Below are positions 8,267-19,675 of a DNA stretch of 64,000 nucleotides, piece after piece. The DNA comes from Haplodiscus bocki (Eukaryota): contig OZ296649.1 of NCBI GenBank assembly GCA_965655095.1, positions 103,974,001-104,038,000 on the forward strand, written 5' to 3'. The notes under the pieces were generated by a model, which saw nothing but the letters and a program-made list of their open reading frames with translations, made no database searches and was not told the origin of the DNA. Position 1 is the stretch's first letter, and the number at the start of each line of letters is the position of its first letter. The translations under genes were made by a program, and so were the position numbers.

Positions 8267-8303
8267 AGTTTTTACTCCTCCCGTCATTAACCATTTATCT
8301 TGA
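8001..8303 (+). CDS. Conserved Polinton small basic protein overlapping the ATPase 3' end
   Basis: FLCECIINLLKGNV...LSLKRTTWKQRRDILASERG pattern, typical of the ORF after the ATPase in this family; amphipathic C-terminus. Confidence 0.6.
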   Translation: MNTQNLSTLQVFQSFSHKCKSLFLQSCPKEFIRFLCECIINLLKGNVQSIKRHHVVKFQSEVRLLSLKRTTWKQRRDILASERGLQLIKVFTPPVINHLS

Positions 8304-8304
8304 T

Positions 8305-8715
8305 ATGGACCAGTTTGTCCTCATTCCTGCTTCTGTGTACAACAAAAGTTTGATTACTCAGTCAGTTACAAAGCAAGAACTTCCAAAGTATCAACCTTCA
8401 CAAAATCCCACGTAGCAAATTGATTCACTTAAAAAGGAGATAGACAAGAAATTATTTTCCAAAGCAGACTCTCTAGTAGACAAAATTTTGTCTTGTCCAC
8501 GTATCAAGCTCTCAACTTCACAAACTTTTTTTTTGGATGGTGTAGAAACTGGAATTTTCCTGTCGGACTTTGCTCAACAACTGCGTCGTAAGAACGCAGA
8601 CGTTCCAGAAATTTACTTTACTTTACTTGACGCCGCTGATATATCTCGGACTCTGATTCTGAATCAGAATGCCAAAGCTAAAGAGAGAGGAAACTGGGTC
8701 CCTTTCAAAATCTGA
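8305..8715 (+). pseudogene. Conserved Polinton ORF upstream of integrase (stop at 8413-8415)
   Basis: MDQFVLIPASVY...NPT*QIDSLKK...GNWVPFKI in a single frame; homolog at ~19630-20045. Confidence 0.75.
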
Positions 8716-9605
8716 ACGTCAGAAGCTGCAAAAGCTGTACACACAGGGTGGTGCTGCTTATGGATCTGTGCGCAACTTAGTGAAAGCTAGCAATCTGTCA
8801 GTATCAAAGGTGAGACAATTTTTGCATTCAAAACCTTCCTATACAAAATTTACTCCTGCCACACGTAAGTTCAAGCGCATGAAAGCATTTGCTAGATTCA
8901 AAAATGAAATTTGGTGTATGGATTTGGCATACGTTGATAAAGTAGCCAAAAATAATAACGGTGTAAAGTATCTTCTAGTTCGCCAAGACCTGTTTGATTG
9001 AACTGTAGATGCAAAAGGAATGAAAACAAAAGATTCCAAGGAAACTGTTCGTGCATTTTTGACTATGATTACAAAAAAAATCGACCCAAAAGATTTGGTT
9101 TGACAAGGGAACAGAATTTGCTGGAGAGTTTAAAAAATTATGCAAAGCTGAAGGAATACAATTTTACTCTACAATGAGTGAGACCAAAGCTGCATTTGCT
9201 GAACGTACAATACGATCCCTGAAAAATATACTTTACCGTTACATGGAAGACAATGGAGACAAGTACATTCACAAATTGACTCAATTCGTTATAACACTAA
9301 ATTCTCGAAGAAATTGCTTGATAGACTTGATACCAAAGAATGTAAAGAATTCCGACTTTTTGTCCATTCTGTACAGCAAACCACTACGAGAAATTAGGAA
9401 ACCCAAGTCTAAAGTTGGAGATAGAGTTCGCATCTCGAAGTATGACTCACCCTTCAGGAAGGGTTATAAGCCACAGTTTACAAAAGAGGTTTTCGAAATT
9501 GTTGCAATTTCTTCCAAAAAACCTCCAACATACACAATAAAGGATGAACAAGATGAGACTATCCGCGGTAAATTTTATCAGAAAGAGTTGATCAAAGTCA
9601 TTTAA
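8669..9605 (+). pseudogene. Retroviral-like (RVE) integrase (stop at 8999-9001, frameshift ~9080)
   Basis: WCMDL, DKGTEF and AERTIRSLK catalytic D-D-E segments; C-terminal GDRVRISK...FRKGY...YTIKD domain; no chromodomain follows. Confidence 0.93.
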
Positions 9606-9607
9606 CA

Positions 9608-10412
9608 ATGGAATCGTTTACGATAGAGTTGGTTTCAAATGCATCTGCGCAACTATTTCCAGACAACACATTGAGCTGTTTTACACATTTTTTGCCAGAG
9701 CAACTGAATCTGGATGGTCAATGGGAGGTTGCAATTTCAGAAATATCCTACCCATCAATGTACCAAAATGTTACGAAGGGAAAATTTATGTTTTTTGACA
9801 AGAAACTTTCAAAGTCATCAGAATTCTATTACCTGGAACCTGGTCTTTACCCTTCCATTATGGATATTATTGAAGCCATGAATATTCTCATTCAGGAAAG
9901 ACGCAATCACAGCGAAAACTGTATCAAAGTTAAAGTGTCTCGAAGAACGCAGAAAGTTGAGATTTACCTTGCAAATGAAGGATCCGGTCTTGCATTCTTT
10001 AGTACGGATCTGGGACACATTTTCGGAAGTAATGTTGGTAATGAATTTGGAGTAATGTTGAGAAGAAAAGGGCCTCACAAACCGGAATTTGCTTACGACA
10101 TTGTTCTTATACACTCTCTCATGACATACACCGACCTGATTGAGTACAATATCGTTGGCGACACAAAAGCTCCATTGCTGCGTTGCTTTCCTTTTATTTC
10201 GAAGCTTAAGTCTGGAGACATTATAACTACTGGACAGTACATGAACTATCAGACATTTAGCAACCTGCAATTCAGACCACTGCTCAAAAAATCTTTTCAT
10301 AGTATTCACATTGACTTGAGAGACACGAGCGGTGAAAAAAATACCTTTTGCATCTGTCGGTATCACTCGTCTTGTTTTGATGTTCAAAAAAGCCTCCAAC
10401 ATTCATTTCTAA
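9608..10412 (+). pseudogene. Minor capsid protein (penton), frameshift in the poly-A at ~10335-10341
   Basis: FTIELVSNAS..FPDNT...WEVAISEISYP N-terminus; YTDLIEYNIVGDTKAPLLR; SIHIDLRD C-terminal motif. Confidence 0.88.
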
Positions 10413-10430
10413 TCTAAAAGACGTTACAAG

Positions 10431-10796
10431 ATGGTTGCTTCAAGAGAAGTAGAGATTCCATACCATAGAGGTGTTGGTCGACAACGTGGACGGGGGTTCG
10501 GTGCTTTTGCACAAGGTATTGGAAGAACTGCAATTCCATTTTTGCGTAAATATATCGTCCCAGCTGCAAAACGCGTAGGTGCTGACTTGTTGTAATTTGC
10601 TGTGCCAGAAATTGCAGAGGTTGTTACTGGTAGAAAGAGTTTCAAGATAGCTGCAAAAAATGGGAGAAGACAGACTCTGAGAAAACCTTTGGGTAGTGGT
10701 AGCAGAAAAAGGACTGCGAGCAGAGTCATTCCAACAAAATCTGCAAAACAAATCAATCGGTCGCGAAGAGACATTTCTACAAACATTTCTCATTAA
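10431..10796 (+). pseudogene. Basic core/membrane-lytic-like protein, first copy (stop at 10593-10595)
   Basis: QRGRG-F adenain-type cleavage motif followed by an amphipathic helix FGAFAQGIGRTAIPFLRK; Arg/Lys-rich tail. Confidence 0.8.
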
Positions 10797-10798
10797 TC

Positions 10799-11184
10799 AT
10801 GTCGAGAAATTCTCGGTACCAACCTTTTGTGGCAGTTTCTGGAAATCTTGGAGGGAAAGTCCCAGTAGTTGACGATGTCTTGTCGTCCCATGAACAAGAG
10901 ATCTATCCTACAACCTCACTTGATGAAAACTGCATAGAGGTTGAATTTCAAACGGATTGAAACTATTACGTTGATTTGAGACAGTCTTTTTTGGCATTGA
11001 AGGTCAAATTTGTCAAAGGACGCGCTTACGATACATACGAGAGTAAAGAAAAGAAAAAGGAGCACAAAGATGAGTCTGTTGTTTTTACTGAAACAGGCGA
11101 TGACAACAGCGAAGAAGAGGAAATAGCTCGAGTTACCTATGTAAACAACATAATGCATTCGATAGTTTCAAATGTTGAAGTGTA
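10799..11184 (+). pseudogene. 5' fragment of major capsid protein, truncated by the duplication junction
   Basis: MSRNSRYQPFVAVSGNLGG...NVEV, colinear with the N-terminus of the 11987 ORF; in-frame TGA at ~10958. Confidence 0.88.
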
Positions 11185-11594
11185 GCACCGACTTAGGTCA
11201 CATTTTTGGTAACAATGTGGGAAACCAATTTGGGGTACTGATGAAAGGAGAAGGTCCTGATGAACCACAATTTTCTTACGACATTGTTCGTATCCATTCG
11301 CTAATGATTTACAGCGATCTAGTAGAGTACAACATTGTTGGAGACACAAAGGTTCCCTTGCTGCGATGCTTTCCCTTTATCTCAAAGCTAAAGGGAGGAG
11401 ACATTATAACAACTGGACAGTACATGAACTATCAGACATTCAGTAACCTACAGTTTAGACATCTGCTCAAAAGTTCTTTTCATAGTATACACATTGATCT
11501 GAGAGACACGTCTGGTGAAAAAATACCCATTGTGTCTGTCGGTATCACTCGGCTTGTTTTGATGTTTAGAAAGGTGTCCAGCATTCATTTTTAA
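11185..11594 (+). pseudogene. Duplicated 3' half of penton from a diverged subfamily
   Basis: STDLGHIFG...VSSIHF, paralogous to 10001-10412 with many synonymous differences. Confidence 0.88.
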
Positions 11595-11612
11595 CACATA
11601 CGATACTACAAG

Positions 11613-11984
11613 ATGGTTGCTTCAAGACAAGTAGAAATTCCATACTATAGAGCGGTTGGAAGACAAAGGGGAAGGGGATTTGGGGCTCTTGCGCAAGTTA
11701 TTGGGAGAACTGCAATTCCCTTTTTGCGTAAATATGTGGTCCCAGCGGCAAAACGCATAGGTGCTGACATGTTGGAGTTTGCTGTACCAGAGATTGGAGA
11801 GGTTTTTAGCCGTAGAAAATCTTTCAAGACGGCTGCAAAGAGTGTGGGAAAGAAAACTCTGAAAAAACAATTGGGGGAAGGTAGCCGCACAGGAGGTAGT
11901 AAACAGAGGAGAATCATTCCAACAAAAACTACTTAGCAATCCAGTCGGTCGCGAAGAGACATTTTTACAAACATTTCTCGTTGA
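11613..11984 (+). CDS. Basic core protein, second copy (early TAG at 11934-11936 trims ~16 aa)
   Basis: MVASRQVEIPYYRAVGRQRGRGFGALAQV..., paralog of 10431-10796. Confidence 0.8.
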
Positions 11985-11986
11985 TC

Positions 11987-13339
11987 ATGTCAAACAACAA
12001 TTTTCGGTACCAACCTTTTGTGGCAGTGTCTGGAAATCTTGGAGGGAAAGTCCCAATTGTTGACGATGTCCTGTCCTCACATGAACAAGAATATTATCCA
12101 ACTACCTCACTTGATGAAAACTGCATAGAGTTTGAATTTCAAACGGATCGGAACTATTACGTTGATTTGAGACAAACGTACTTGGCTTTGAAACTGAAAC
12201 TTGTCAAGGGTCGTGGTTACGAAACTTACAATACCAAAGAGGTAAAAAAGGAGCAGAAAGAAGAGGCAAAAGCAGAAGAGGAAGAGACGGCGGAAGATGA
12301 GGAGGCTCCAGTTCCTCTGATTACTCATGTAATCAACATATTGCACCCAATTTTTTCCAATGTTGAAGTGTACATCAACAATCAACAAATTTACAACTCC
12401 AATGGATTGTATGCGCACAAATCTTACATTTCAAACAACTTCAAGGGAGCCATCTCTGAATACAAGGGAGTTTTGCACTGCGAGGGGTACGACTATGAAG
12501 AAATTCCTGATGAAATTATGGAAGCGCCTTTGGCTGAACCTTTTTTCACAAGGAGAATGAAAATGCTTAGCAGACCTGATGGCTTCAAGTTGTATGGTAA
12601 ATTCGGGGTTGACTTTTTCTCCACTTCTGAATTGTTATACCCAAATATGAAAGTTAGGCTACGACTAATCAGAGCCAGACCTAATTTCTACATGATTAGC
12701 GACAACCCCAACGTTAGTCTTGGAATTGTTGATTGTTCACTTTACACTCGTCGTATTGCTCTCGAGGATGATTATCACAAGAAACGAATGGACATGCTTG
12801 CTTACACTCCTGTAGAGCTCAACTATTTGGAAAATCTTGCAAAGATTTTTATCATTCCTGCCAGACAAAAGCAGTTCATTCAAGAAAACATTTTCAACAA
12901 TGCTCCAGTTCGTCGGATTGCTATTGCAATGAATAAAAACTCTGCATTCACTGGATCTTATACTGAAAATCCTTTCTGGTATCAACAATTTGATCTCAGA
13001 CAAATTAGAAGACTCAGAGGAGGTCAGCCAATTGTAGACTTTGATGCTGCTGATAATTGTTGCCTTTATGTTACTACAATGAAAGCAATGAACTTTCAAG
13101 ATGATATCCCCTCAATTCCAATTGATAGTTTCAAAGACCACTATGTACTAGTGTTCGACTTGACTTCGATGCAGGATGCTACTGAAAACTGTCATTACCC
13201 AGAACTAGTTGGAGAACCATTGAGGCTGGAGCTAAACTTTACTTTTCCACTAGAACACGTTACTGAACTCATTGTATTGGGAGAACGAATGTCTTCAGTT
13301 GCAGTTGACAAGTTTGGTGTTGTTTGAAAAAACATCTAA
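11987..13339 (+). CDS. Double jelly-roll major capsid protein (hexon-like)
   Basis: ~450 aa; IEFEF...YVDL..TYL, FSNVEVYINN and VFDLT motifs. TGA at 13325-13327 removes only the last 4 codons (copy B ends VVGRNI). Confidence 0.92.
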
Positions 13340-13340
13340 A

Positions 13341-13733
13341 ATGGATAATGTTTCTCTCCAGCAGATAATCAACCGTATCCCATTACTCAAGTATCGGTAC
13401 CGTGGTTCTTTTCCCTCTGACTATGTTCCAACTCTTGAAAATGACACTTTTGCCATTATAAACACGCAACCCAGCAATATGCAGGGTGAGCATTGGATAA
13501 TGGTTGCAAACTCTCGTCAAGAATTGTATTTTGCAGACTCTCTTGGTCGTAAAAAGTACAGTTTCCTCAAGCAGCATTATGAACAGATGATACCAGAACC
13601 ACTACAGTCCCATCCCAGCGTTTGCGGTTTCTACACGATATATGCAGCTTTTCGTCTCTTCAAATTCCGACAAGAAGAAATTACAGGATTTCACGATGTT
13701 AATGTACTTTCATTCAAAAGTAATTACCTGTAA
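13341..13733 (+). CDS. Adenain-like cysteine maturation protease
   Basis: GEHW, FADSLG and LQSHPSVCG supply the His, Asp, Gln and Cys catalytic set. Intact. Confidence 0.93.
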   Translation: MDNVSLQQIINRIPLLKYRYRGSFPSDYVPTLENDTFAIINTQPSNMQGEHWIMVANSRQELYFADSLGRKKYSFLKQHYEQMIPEPLQSHPSVCGFYTIYAAFRLFKFRQEEITGFHDVNVLSFKSNYL

Positions 13734-13869
13734 TTTTCCAAGTTTTCTATTGTAAATGTGCAGGTTATACAATGTATTCGCTAATATTTATACACTCTAA
13801 TTAACTTTTTAAAACATTAATACAATCTTTTTACATAGCATTAAGTCATATCAGTATAAGGGAACCGTA

Positions 13870-14581
13870 GGCGTACGGTAGCACGCGTAATAAATCTTCC
13901 GCACGCGTAATAAACTATCCGCACGCGTAATAAATCTTCCGCACGCGTAATAATTTATCCGCACGCGTAATAAAATATGCACGCGCACAAAAATCTCTCT
14001 CGAAATAAGGAAGGATTCACCCGCGGAAAACCTGTTTTGCTTCAGGGATTCACCCGCGAAAAGATTGACATAATCTTAGGATTGGGGTGCGAAAAACCAT
14101 GTGAATCCCTATACTACTTAGGGGGGCTTTCCCTATCTTAATACAATAACCCGAACTACGCCCTATCTTAATACATTGACCCGAACTATACCCTATCATA
14201 ATACATTGACCCGAACTTAGCCCTATCTTAATACATTGACCCGAACTATACCCTATCTTAATACATTGACCCGAACTATACCCTATCTTAATACATTGAC
14301 CCGAATACACTCGGATTTTGGCACGTCAGCCAATCAGAATCGAGTATTACGTCACTCGAGTCGTTAGCCAATCAGAATCGGTCACTCGGCAGCCAATCAA
14401 CTTCAAATATTACGTAACACGAGACGTCAGCCAATCAGAATCGAGTATTACGTCACCCGAGAGCTCCCTGCTTGGGTGGAGGTCCCTTCTCGGCTCTCGG
14501 TTCGAGTCGGCTCGCTATAGCCTATCTTAATACATAGGGACCTCCGGCCCCCCCGTCTGATCTGCTCACTCTTCTACTACT
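13870..14581 (+). repeat. Right terminal inverted repeat of copy A, with internal tandem arrays
   Basis: 20-bp GCACGCGTAATAAATCTTCC x5 (13880-13985), 30-bp CCCTATCTTAATACATTGACCCGAACTATA x6 (14131-14310), AGCCAATCA x4 (14321-14460), terminal CTACTACT. The CCCTATCTTAATACATT motif is shared with both TIRs of copy B. Confidence 0.85.
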
Positions 14582-15695
14582 TTGAGGTCTCTCACGTAAT
14601 AAGATAACCTATAGCGATCCGAGCGCCGAATGGAGCCAAAAACCGGTGTCTTAGGGTGGAGTTCTCTTATCGGCTCCTTTGTTAATACGTGGGTCAATGT
14701 GATAAGATAGGGTTTTCCGGCACCGTGAGTTTATCGGCACCACCTGAAGATTTTACCTCAATGTAATAATATACTCCAGTGGATTAGGATAGAGTAAATT
14801 ACCTCAATGTATTAAGATAGGGTTCGCCCAAAGTTTTTCGGCAGTATGGAACTCTTCGGCGCTGTGAGACTTTTCGGCCATAGGAGACTTTTGGGCACTG
14901 TTAAATTTTTTGGCAACACCCGAAGATACTTCATCAATGTATTAATATACCCTAATGTATTAAGATAGGGTAAACGACCTCAAGGTATTAGGATAGGGTT
15001 CACACCAAGCTTTTCGGCACTGTCAGAATTTTTGGCACTGTGTGGTTTTCCGGCACTGTGAAACGATTAGACAATGTGAGACTTTTCGACACTGTGGGAC
15101 TTTTCGGCACTACCCCAAGATACTACCTCCTTGTATTAAGTTACCATAATGTATTAAGATAAGGTAAACTAACTCAATGGGTTGAGATAGGGTTCACCCC
15201 AAGGTTTTCTGCACTGTGAATGTAGGTGCCCCAAATAGCCCATTGTATTAAGATATCCCAATGTATTAAGTTACCCCAATGTATTAAGATACGGTAAGCT
15301 ACGTAGTTGTAGTAAGATAGGGTAAACGAACTCAATGTATAAAGATGGGGTTCATCCCAAAACTTTCAACATTGGGAGACTAGGTGCCCGAGATAGCCGA
15401 ATGTATAAAGATACCCCAATGTATTAAGGTATCCCTATTAATCTAGGGTACTCCATGATATTATGGGTTTTGCGTGTCGAAGAACGTTTTGTTCGAATGG
15501 GTGGTCCAGTAGTTTAGTGTGAGCACAAGAAGCGGTGGAGGAAAAAGAGGGGTCCTAAGTGGATTTGGACGTCGGAGGATGGAATCAGAAGTTTTTTAGG
15601 AGGCCGGCGGATGTTTTATAGCGGCTGCAGATGTTTTATAACGCCTGAAGATAATATATTACGGCTGCCGATACTTTATCAAGGTAACTGACATT
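14582..15695. repeat. Left TIR of copy B (outermost ~35 bp missing)
   Basis: Reverse-complement similarity to 32228-32910 (e.g. CGATCCGAGCGCCGAATGGAGCCAAAAACCGG vs CCGGTTTTAGGCTCAATTCGGCTCTTGGATCG); internal 20-bp CGGCACTGTGAGACTTTT and CAATGTATTAAGATAGGGT arrays. Confidence 0.85.
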
Positions 15696-15815
15696 TTTTG
15701 TCTGACTTTCTGTGATAAAATTGATTTAACGTTTAACAAAGGAAATTAAAGAGTATATAATTGAACAAATACTTCATAAAGACTTCACATTAACGCGGGA
15801 AAAGTTAAAAAAAAA

Positions 15816-16209
15816 TCACAAGTAATTGCTTAAACAAGAGAGTACTTTAAAATTTTGAACCCGAGTTATTTCTTCCTGACATAACTTGAAGAGATGAAAA
15901 GCTGCATAAATGATATTGAATCCGCAAACACTGGGGTGGGACTACAATAGTGCTGGCGTTGTATGCATGTAATGTCGTTGGAGAAAACGGTACAGTTTAC
16001 GTCGAAGAGAGTTTGTAAAAAACTTTTCATGACCAAAACTTTGCAATTGATATTCAATGCTCGCCCCGCATGTTTCTGGGCTGCGTGTTGATAATGGCAA
16101 AAGTGTCATTGTCAAGAGTGGAAACATAGTGAGAGGGAAATAAACCAAGGTACCGATACTTGAGTAGCGGGACACAATTGATTGTTCGTTGCAGAGAAGC
16201 AATATCCAC
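15816..16209 (-). pseudogene. Adenain protease remnant (copy B)
   Basis: VDIASLQRTINCVPLLKYRY...FAIINTQPRNMRGEH; multiple stops. Confidence 0.88.
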
Positions 16210-16210
16210 T

Positions 16211-17560
16211 TTATATATTCCTTCCGACAACAGCAAACTTGTCAACTGCAACCAAAGACGTTCGTTCCCCCAATACAATGAGTTCAGTAACGTGCTCTAG
16301 AAAAGTTAAGGTCAGCTCCAGTTTCAGTGATTCTTCAACTAGTTCTGGGATATGACAGTTTTCAATGGCAACTTGCATTGACATCAAATCAAACACTATT
16401 ACATAGTGGTTTTCGAAATTATCATTTGGAATAGCGGGGATATCACCTTAAAAAATCAATGCTTTTATTGTCGGAACAGGTAGGCGATAATTGTCAGGGG
16501 TATCGAAGTCTAGGACTGGCCGACCTCCTCTGAGTTTTCTATTTGTCTGAGGTGAAAATGCTGGTATCGGAATGGATTCTCAGTAGACGATCCAGTGAAA
16601 GCAGAGTTTTTTCTCAATGCAATGGCAATTCGATAATCTGGAGCATCGTTAAAATTATATTCTTGAGTTAACTGATTTTGTCTGGCAGCGATGATAAAGT
16701 TTTTCGCCAAAGTGTCCAAGTAGTTGTACTCCACGGGAGTATATGCAAGCATGTCCGTACTGTTCTTATGATAATCAACCTTGAAAGCAGTACGACGAGT
16801 GCTAAGCGGACAATCGACAATTCCAACACTATCGTTGAAGTTGTCATTAATCATGAAAAATTTTGGTTGGGCTCTGATTAGACATAGCCTAACTTTCATA
16901 TCTGGATTTGTCAATTCGGAGGTGGAGAAGAAGTCAACGCCCATTTTGCCATACAACATAAGGCCTCCGAATCAACTAAGCATTTCCATTCTCCTTGTAA
17001 AAAGGGGTTCAGAAAAAGATGCTTGCATATTCTAATCCAGAAATTGTTCCTAGCTGTAGCCCTCGCAATGCAAAACCCCTTTGTATTCAGAGAAAAGTCC
17101 CTGGAAGTTGTTGAAAATGCAAGACCTGTGCACATAGCGTCTATTTGAATTGTTAGTTTGGTGATTGTTGATGTACACCTGAACATTGGCAAAAACTGAG
17201 TGCAAAATGCTGATCACAAGAGTAACGACGGGAACTGGAGCTTCCTCCACCAGCACATGCTCCATTTTCTCATCGGGTTTTGCATCTCTTTTCTGCTCTC
17301 TTTTAACGTCCGTGCTGTTGTAAGTTTCTTAACCAAGATTTTCGACAAATTTCAGTTTAAAATCCAAATAAGACTGTCTCAAACCAAGGTATTAGTTCCG
17401 ATCCGTTTGAAATTCAAACGCTATCCAGTTTTCAAAATGTGATGTAGTAGATAAAACTTCTTAATCGTGGGACGACAAGACATCGTCAACTACTGGGAAC
17501 TTCCTTCCAAGTTTTCCAGATACTGGCACAAAACGTTGGCATCGAAAATTGTTTCAGATG
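16211..17560 (-). pseudogene. Major capsid protein remnant (copy B)
   Basis: Fragments LYGKMGVDFFSTSEL, FANVQVYINN, EHVTELIVLGER. Confidence 0.9.
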
Positions 17561-17914
17561 GTTAACGAGAAATGGTTGTATAAATGTCTCCACGTGACTG
17601 GCTTGTTTGGTAGCTCTTGTTGGAATGACTCTCTTTTTCCTACTACCACTACACAACTGTTTTCTCAATGATTGCTTTCCCACACTTTTTGCCCCGTTCT
17701 TGAAACTCTCGAAACCTCTTACAACCTCTGCAAATTAGTGCGCAGCAAAATCCATCAAATCAGCACCCACATACTTTGCAGCTGGGACGACATATTTAAG
17801 AAAAAAACGAATTTCTGTTCTCCTAATAACTTGCGAAAGTGCACCAAATCTTCTTCGACGCTGTCGACCAATACTTCTATAGTGGGAAACTTCTACTCGT
17901 CTTGAAGCAGCCAT
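17560..17914 (-). pseudogene. Basic core protein remnant (copy B)
   Basis: Starts MAASRRVEV; GKQSLRKQLCSGSRKKRVIPTR. Confidence 0.8.
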
Positions 17915-17932
17915 TTTGTGACTTGTTTGTTG

Positions 17933-18737
17933 TTAAAAATGAAAATTGGAAGCTTTTCTAAACATCAAATCAAGTCAAGTCATGCCCACAGATACAAAGG
18001 GTACTTTTTCACCAATCGTGCCTCTGAAGTCTATGTGAATACTATGAAAAGAATATTTGAGCAGCAGTCCAATTTTCTGCTTACTAAATATCTGATAATT
18101 CATATACTGTCCGGTATTTATAATATCCCCAGATTTTGGCTTGGAAAGAAAATGGAAGCAGTGCAGCAATGAAGCTTTTGTGTCGCCAACAATATTGTGC
18201 TCAATCAAGTCTGTGCATATCATGAGCGAATGTATTCGGACAATGTCAAAAGCAAACGCTGGCTTGTGTGGTCCTATTCCTCTCAACACCACTCCAAAGT
18301 TTTTGCCAACATTGCTTCGGAAAAATTTAACCCGAGTCCGTACTAAAGAATGCATGACACGATTTTTCATAGCAAGATGAATTTAAACTTTTTGGGTTCC
18401 TCAGGACACTTTGACTGCAATAGAACCTTCTGTGTGATGGTGTCTCGCTTGAATGAGCGTGTTGATAGGTTCCACAAAATCAGTAAACTAATGGTAGAGA
18501 CCGGGTTCCAGTTAATAAGACTCTGAAGGTTTTGCAAAGTTTGTGTCCAAGAACCTAGTTTTTCCCTCAGTTGGATTTTGGTACATTCTAAAGTAAAGCA
18601 ATTCCGAAAATGCAAGCTCCCATTGCCAATTTAGATTCGATTGTTCCGACGAAACAAATTGTAAAAGAACTGAGTGTATCGTCCGGAAATAAATTTGCAG
18701 ACGCATCAAAGACCAACTCTATTTTAAACGAGTGCAG
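17933..18737 (-). pseudogene. Penton remnant (copy B)
   Basis: WELAFSE, DIVRIHSLMICTDLIEHNIVGDTK, SIHIDFRG fragments. Confidence 0.87.
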
Positions 18738-18739
18738 CG

Positions 18740-19675
18740 TTAAATGACTTTACTGACAACTCATCGATAAAATTTGACACGCATTAACTCAACTTGATCA
18801 TCTTTTGTTGCGTTTGTAAATGGTTTTTTGGTAGCAATCGCAATAATTTCAAAAATTACTTTCGTAAATTGTGGCGTGAAAACCTTTCGGAATGGCAATT
18901 CATACTTTGAGCTGCGAACTCTATCTGCAATTTTCAAAGTTGGTTTTCGCTATTGTCTGAGAAGTTTACTGTAAAGGACGGACAAAATATCTGATTTTTT
19001 GAAATCTTTTGGTTCGAATCAATCGAACAGTTCTTTCTGGATATCATAGTTTTGACAAAATTCGGTAATTTGTGAAAGTACTTGTCTCCATAGTCTTTCT
19101 TGTAACGGTGAAGAAATTTTTCTCCTGATTGTTTTTTACGTTCAGCATAGGCAGCTTTGCTCTCACCCATTGTAGAAGAGCTTTGTGTGCATTTAGCATC
19201 ACATAGTTTTAGAAAATCTCCAACACACTCTGTCTTTTTGTCATCCCAAATTTTTGTAGGAAGAACCTTTTTTGTAATGATGGTTGAAAACGCTCATGCC
19301 GTCGTTTTGTATTCTTTCGTTTTTATCCCATTTGCATCTACTGTTCCCTCACACAAGTCTTGGCGAACTGGTAAATAATTTAGACCCAAATTTTATTTTG
19401 CCAGTTTGTCAACAAAAGCAAAATCCATACACGAAATTTCAGTTTTGAACCTTGGAAAAGCCTTCATTCTCTTAAATTTTTGTATGGCCAAATTAAATTT
19501 TAAGTACGAAGTCTTTGAAAGTAAAATTTGTCTCGCCTTTGAGACTAGTAGATTGGCAGCTTTCACTAAAATGCGCAGAGACCGACAAGCAGCACCACCC
19601 TGCATGTAATCTTTGCAGCTTCCGACGTTCAGACTTTGAAAAGGACCCAGCTTACCCTTTCTTTGGTTTTGGCAT
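18740..19675 (-). pseudogene. Integrase remnant (copy B)
   Basis: QGGAACRS...CMDFAFVDKLAK; GESKAAYAER fragments. Confidence 0.87.

Larger units (their letters stand above)
1..14581 (+). mobile_element. Polinton/Maverick (adintovirus-like) endogenous virus, copy A (young; left end and pPolB lie outside the window)
   Basis: ATPase-integrase-penton-core-major capsid-adenain gene set in canonical order. Ends in a repeat-rich terminal region finishing ...CTTCTACTACT (14581), the AGTAGT...ACTACT type terminus typical of Polintons. Most core genes carry only one or two lesions. Confidence 0.95.

Noticed and set aside
9818-13099. Long antisense ORFs over penton, core and capsid genes
   Set aside because: Shadow ORFs opposite recognisable genes, with no motifs of their own.
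14131-14310. CRISPR-like array of 30-bp repeats; also ORF 14050-14310 (GQCIKIGYSS)n
   Set aside because: Units are head-to-tail with no unique spacers, there are no cas genes and the context is eukaryotic; the ORF is just the translated repeat.
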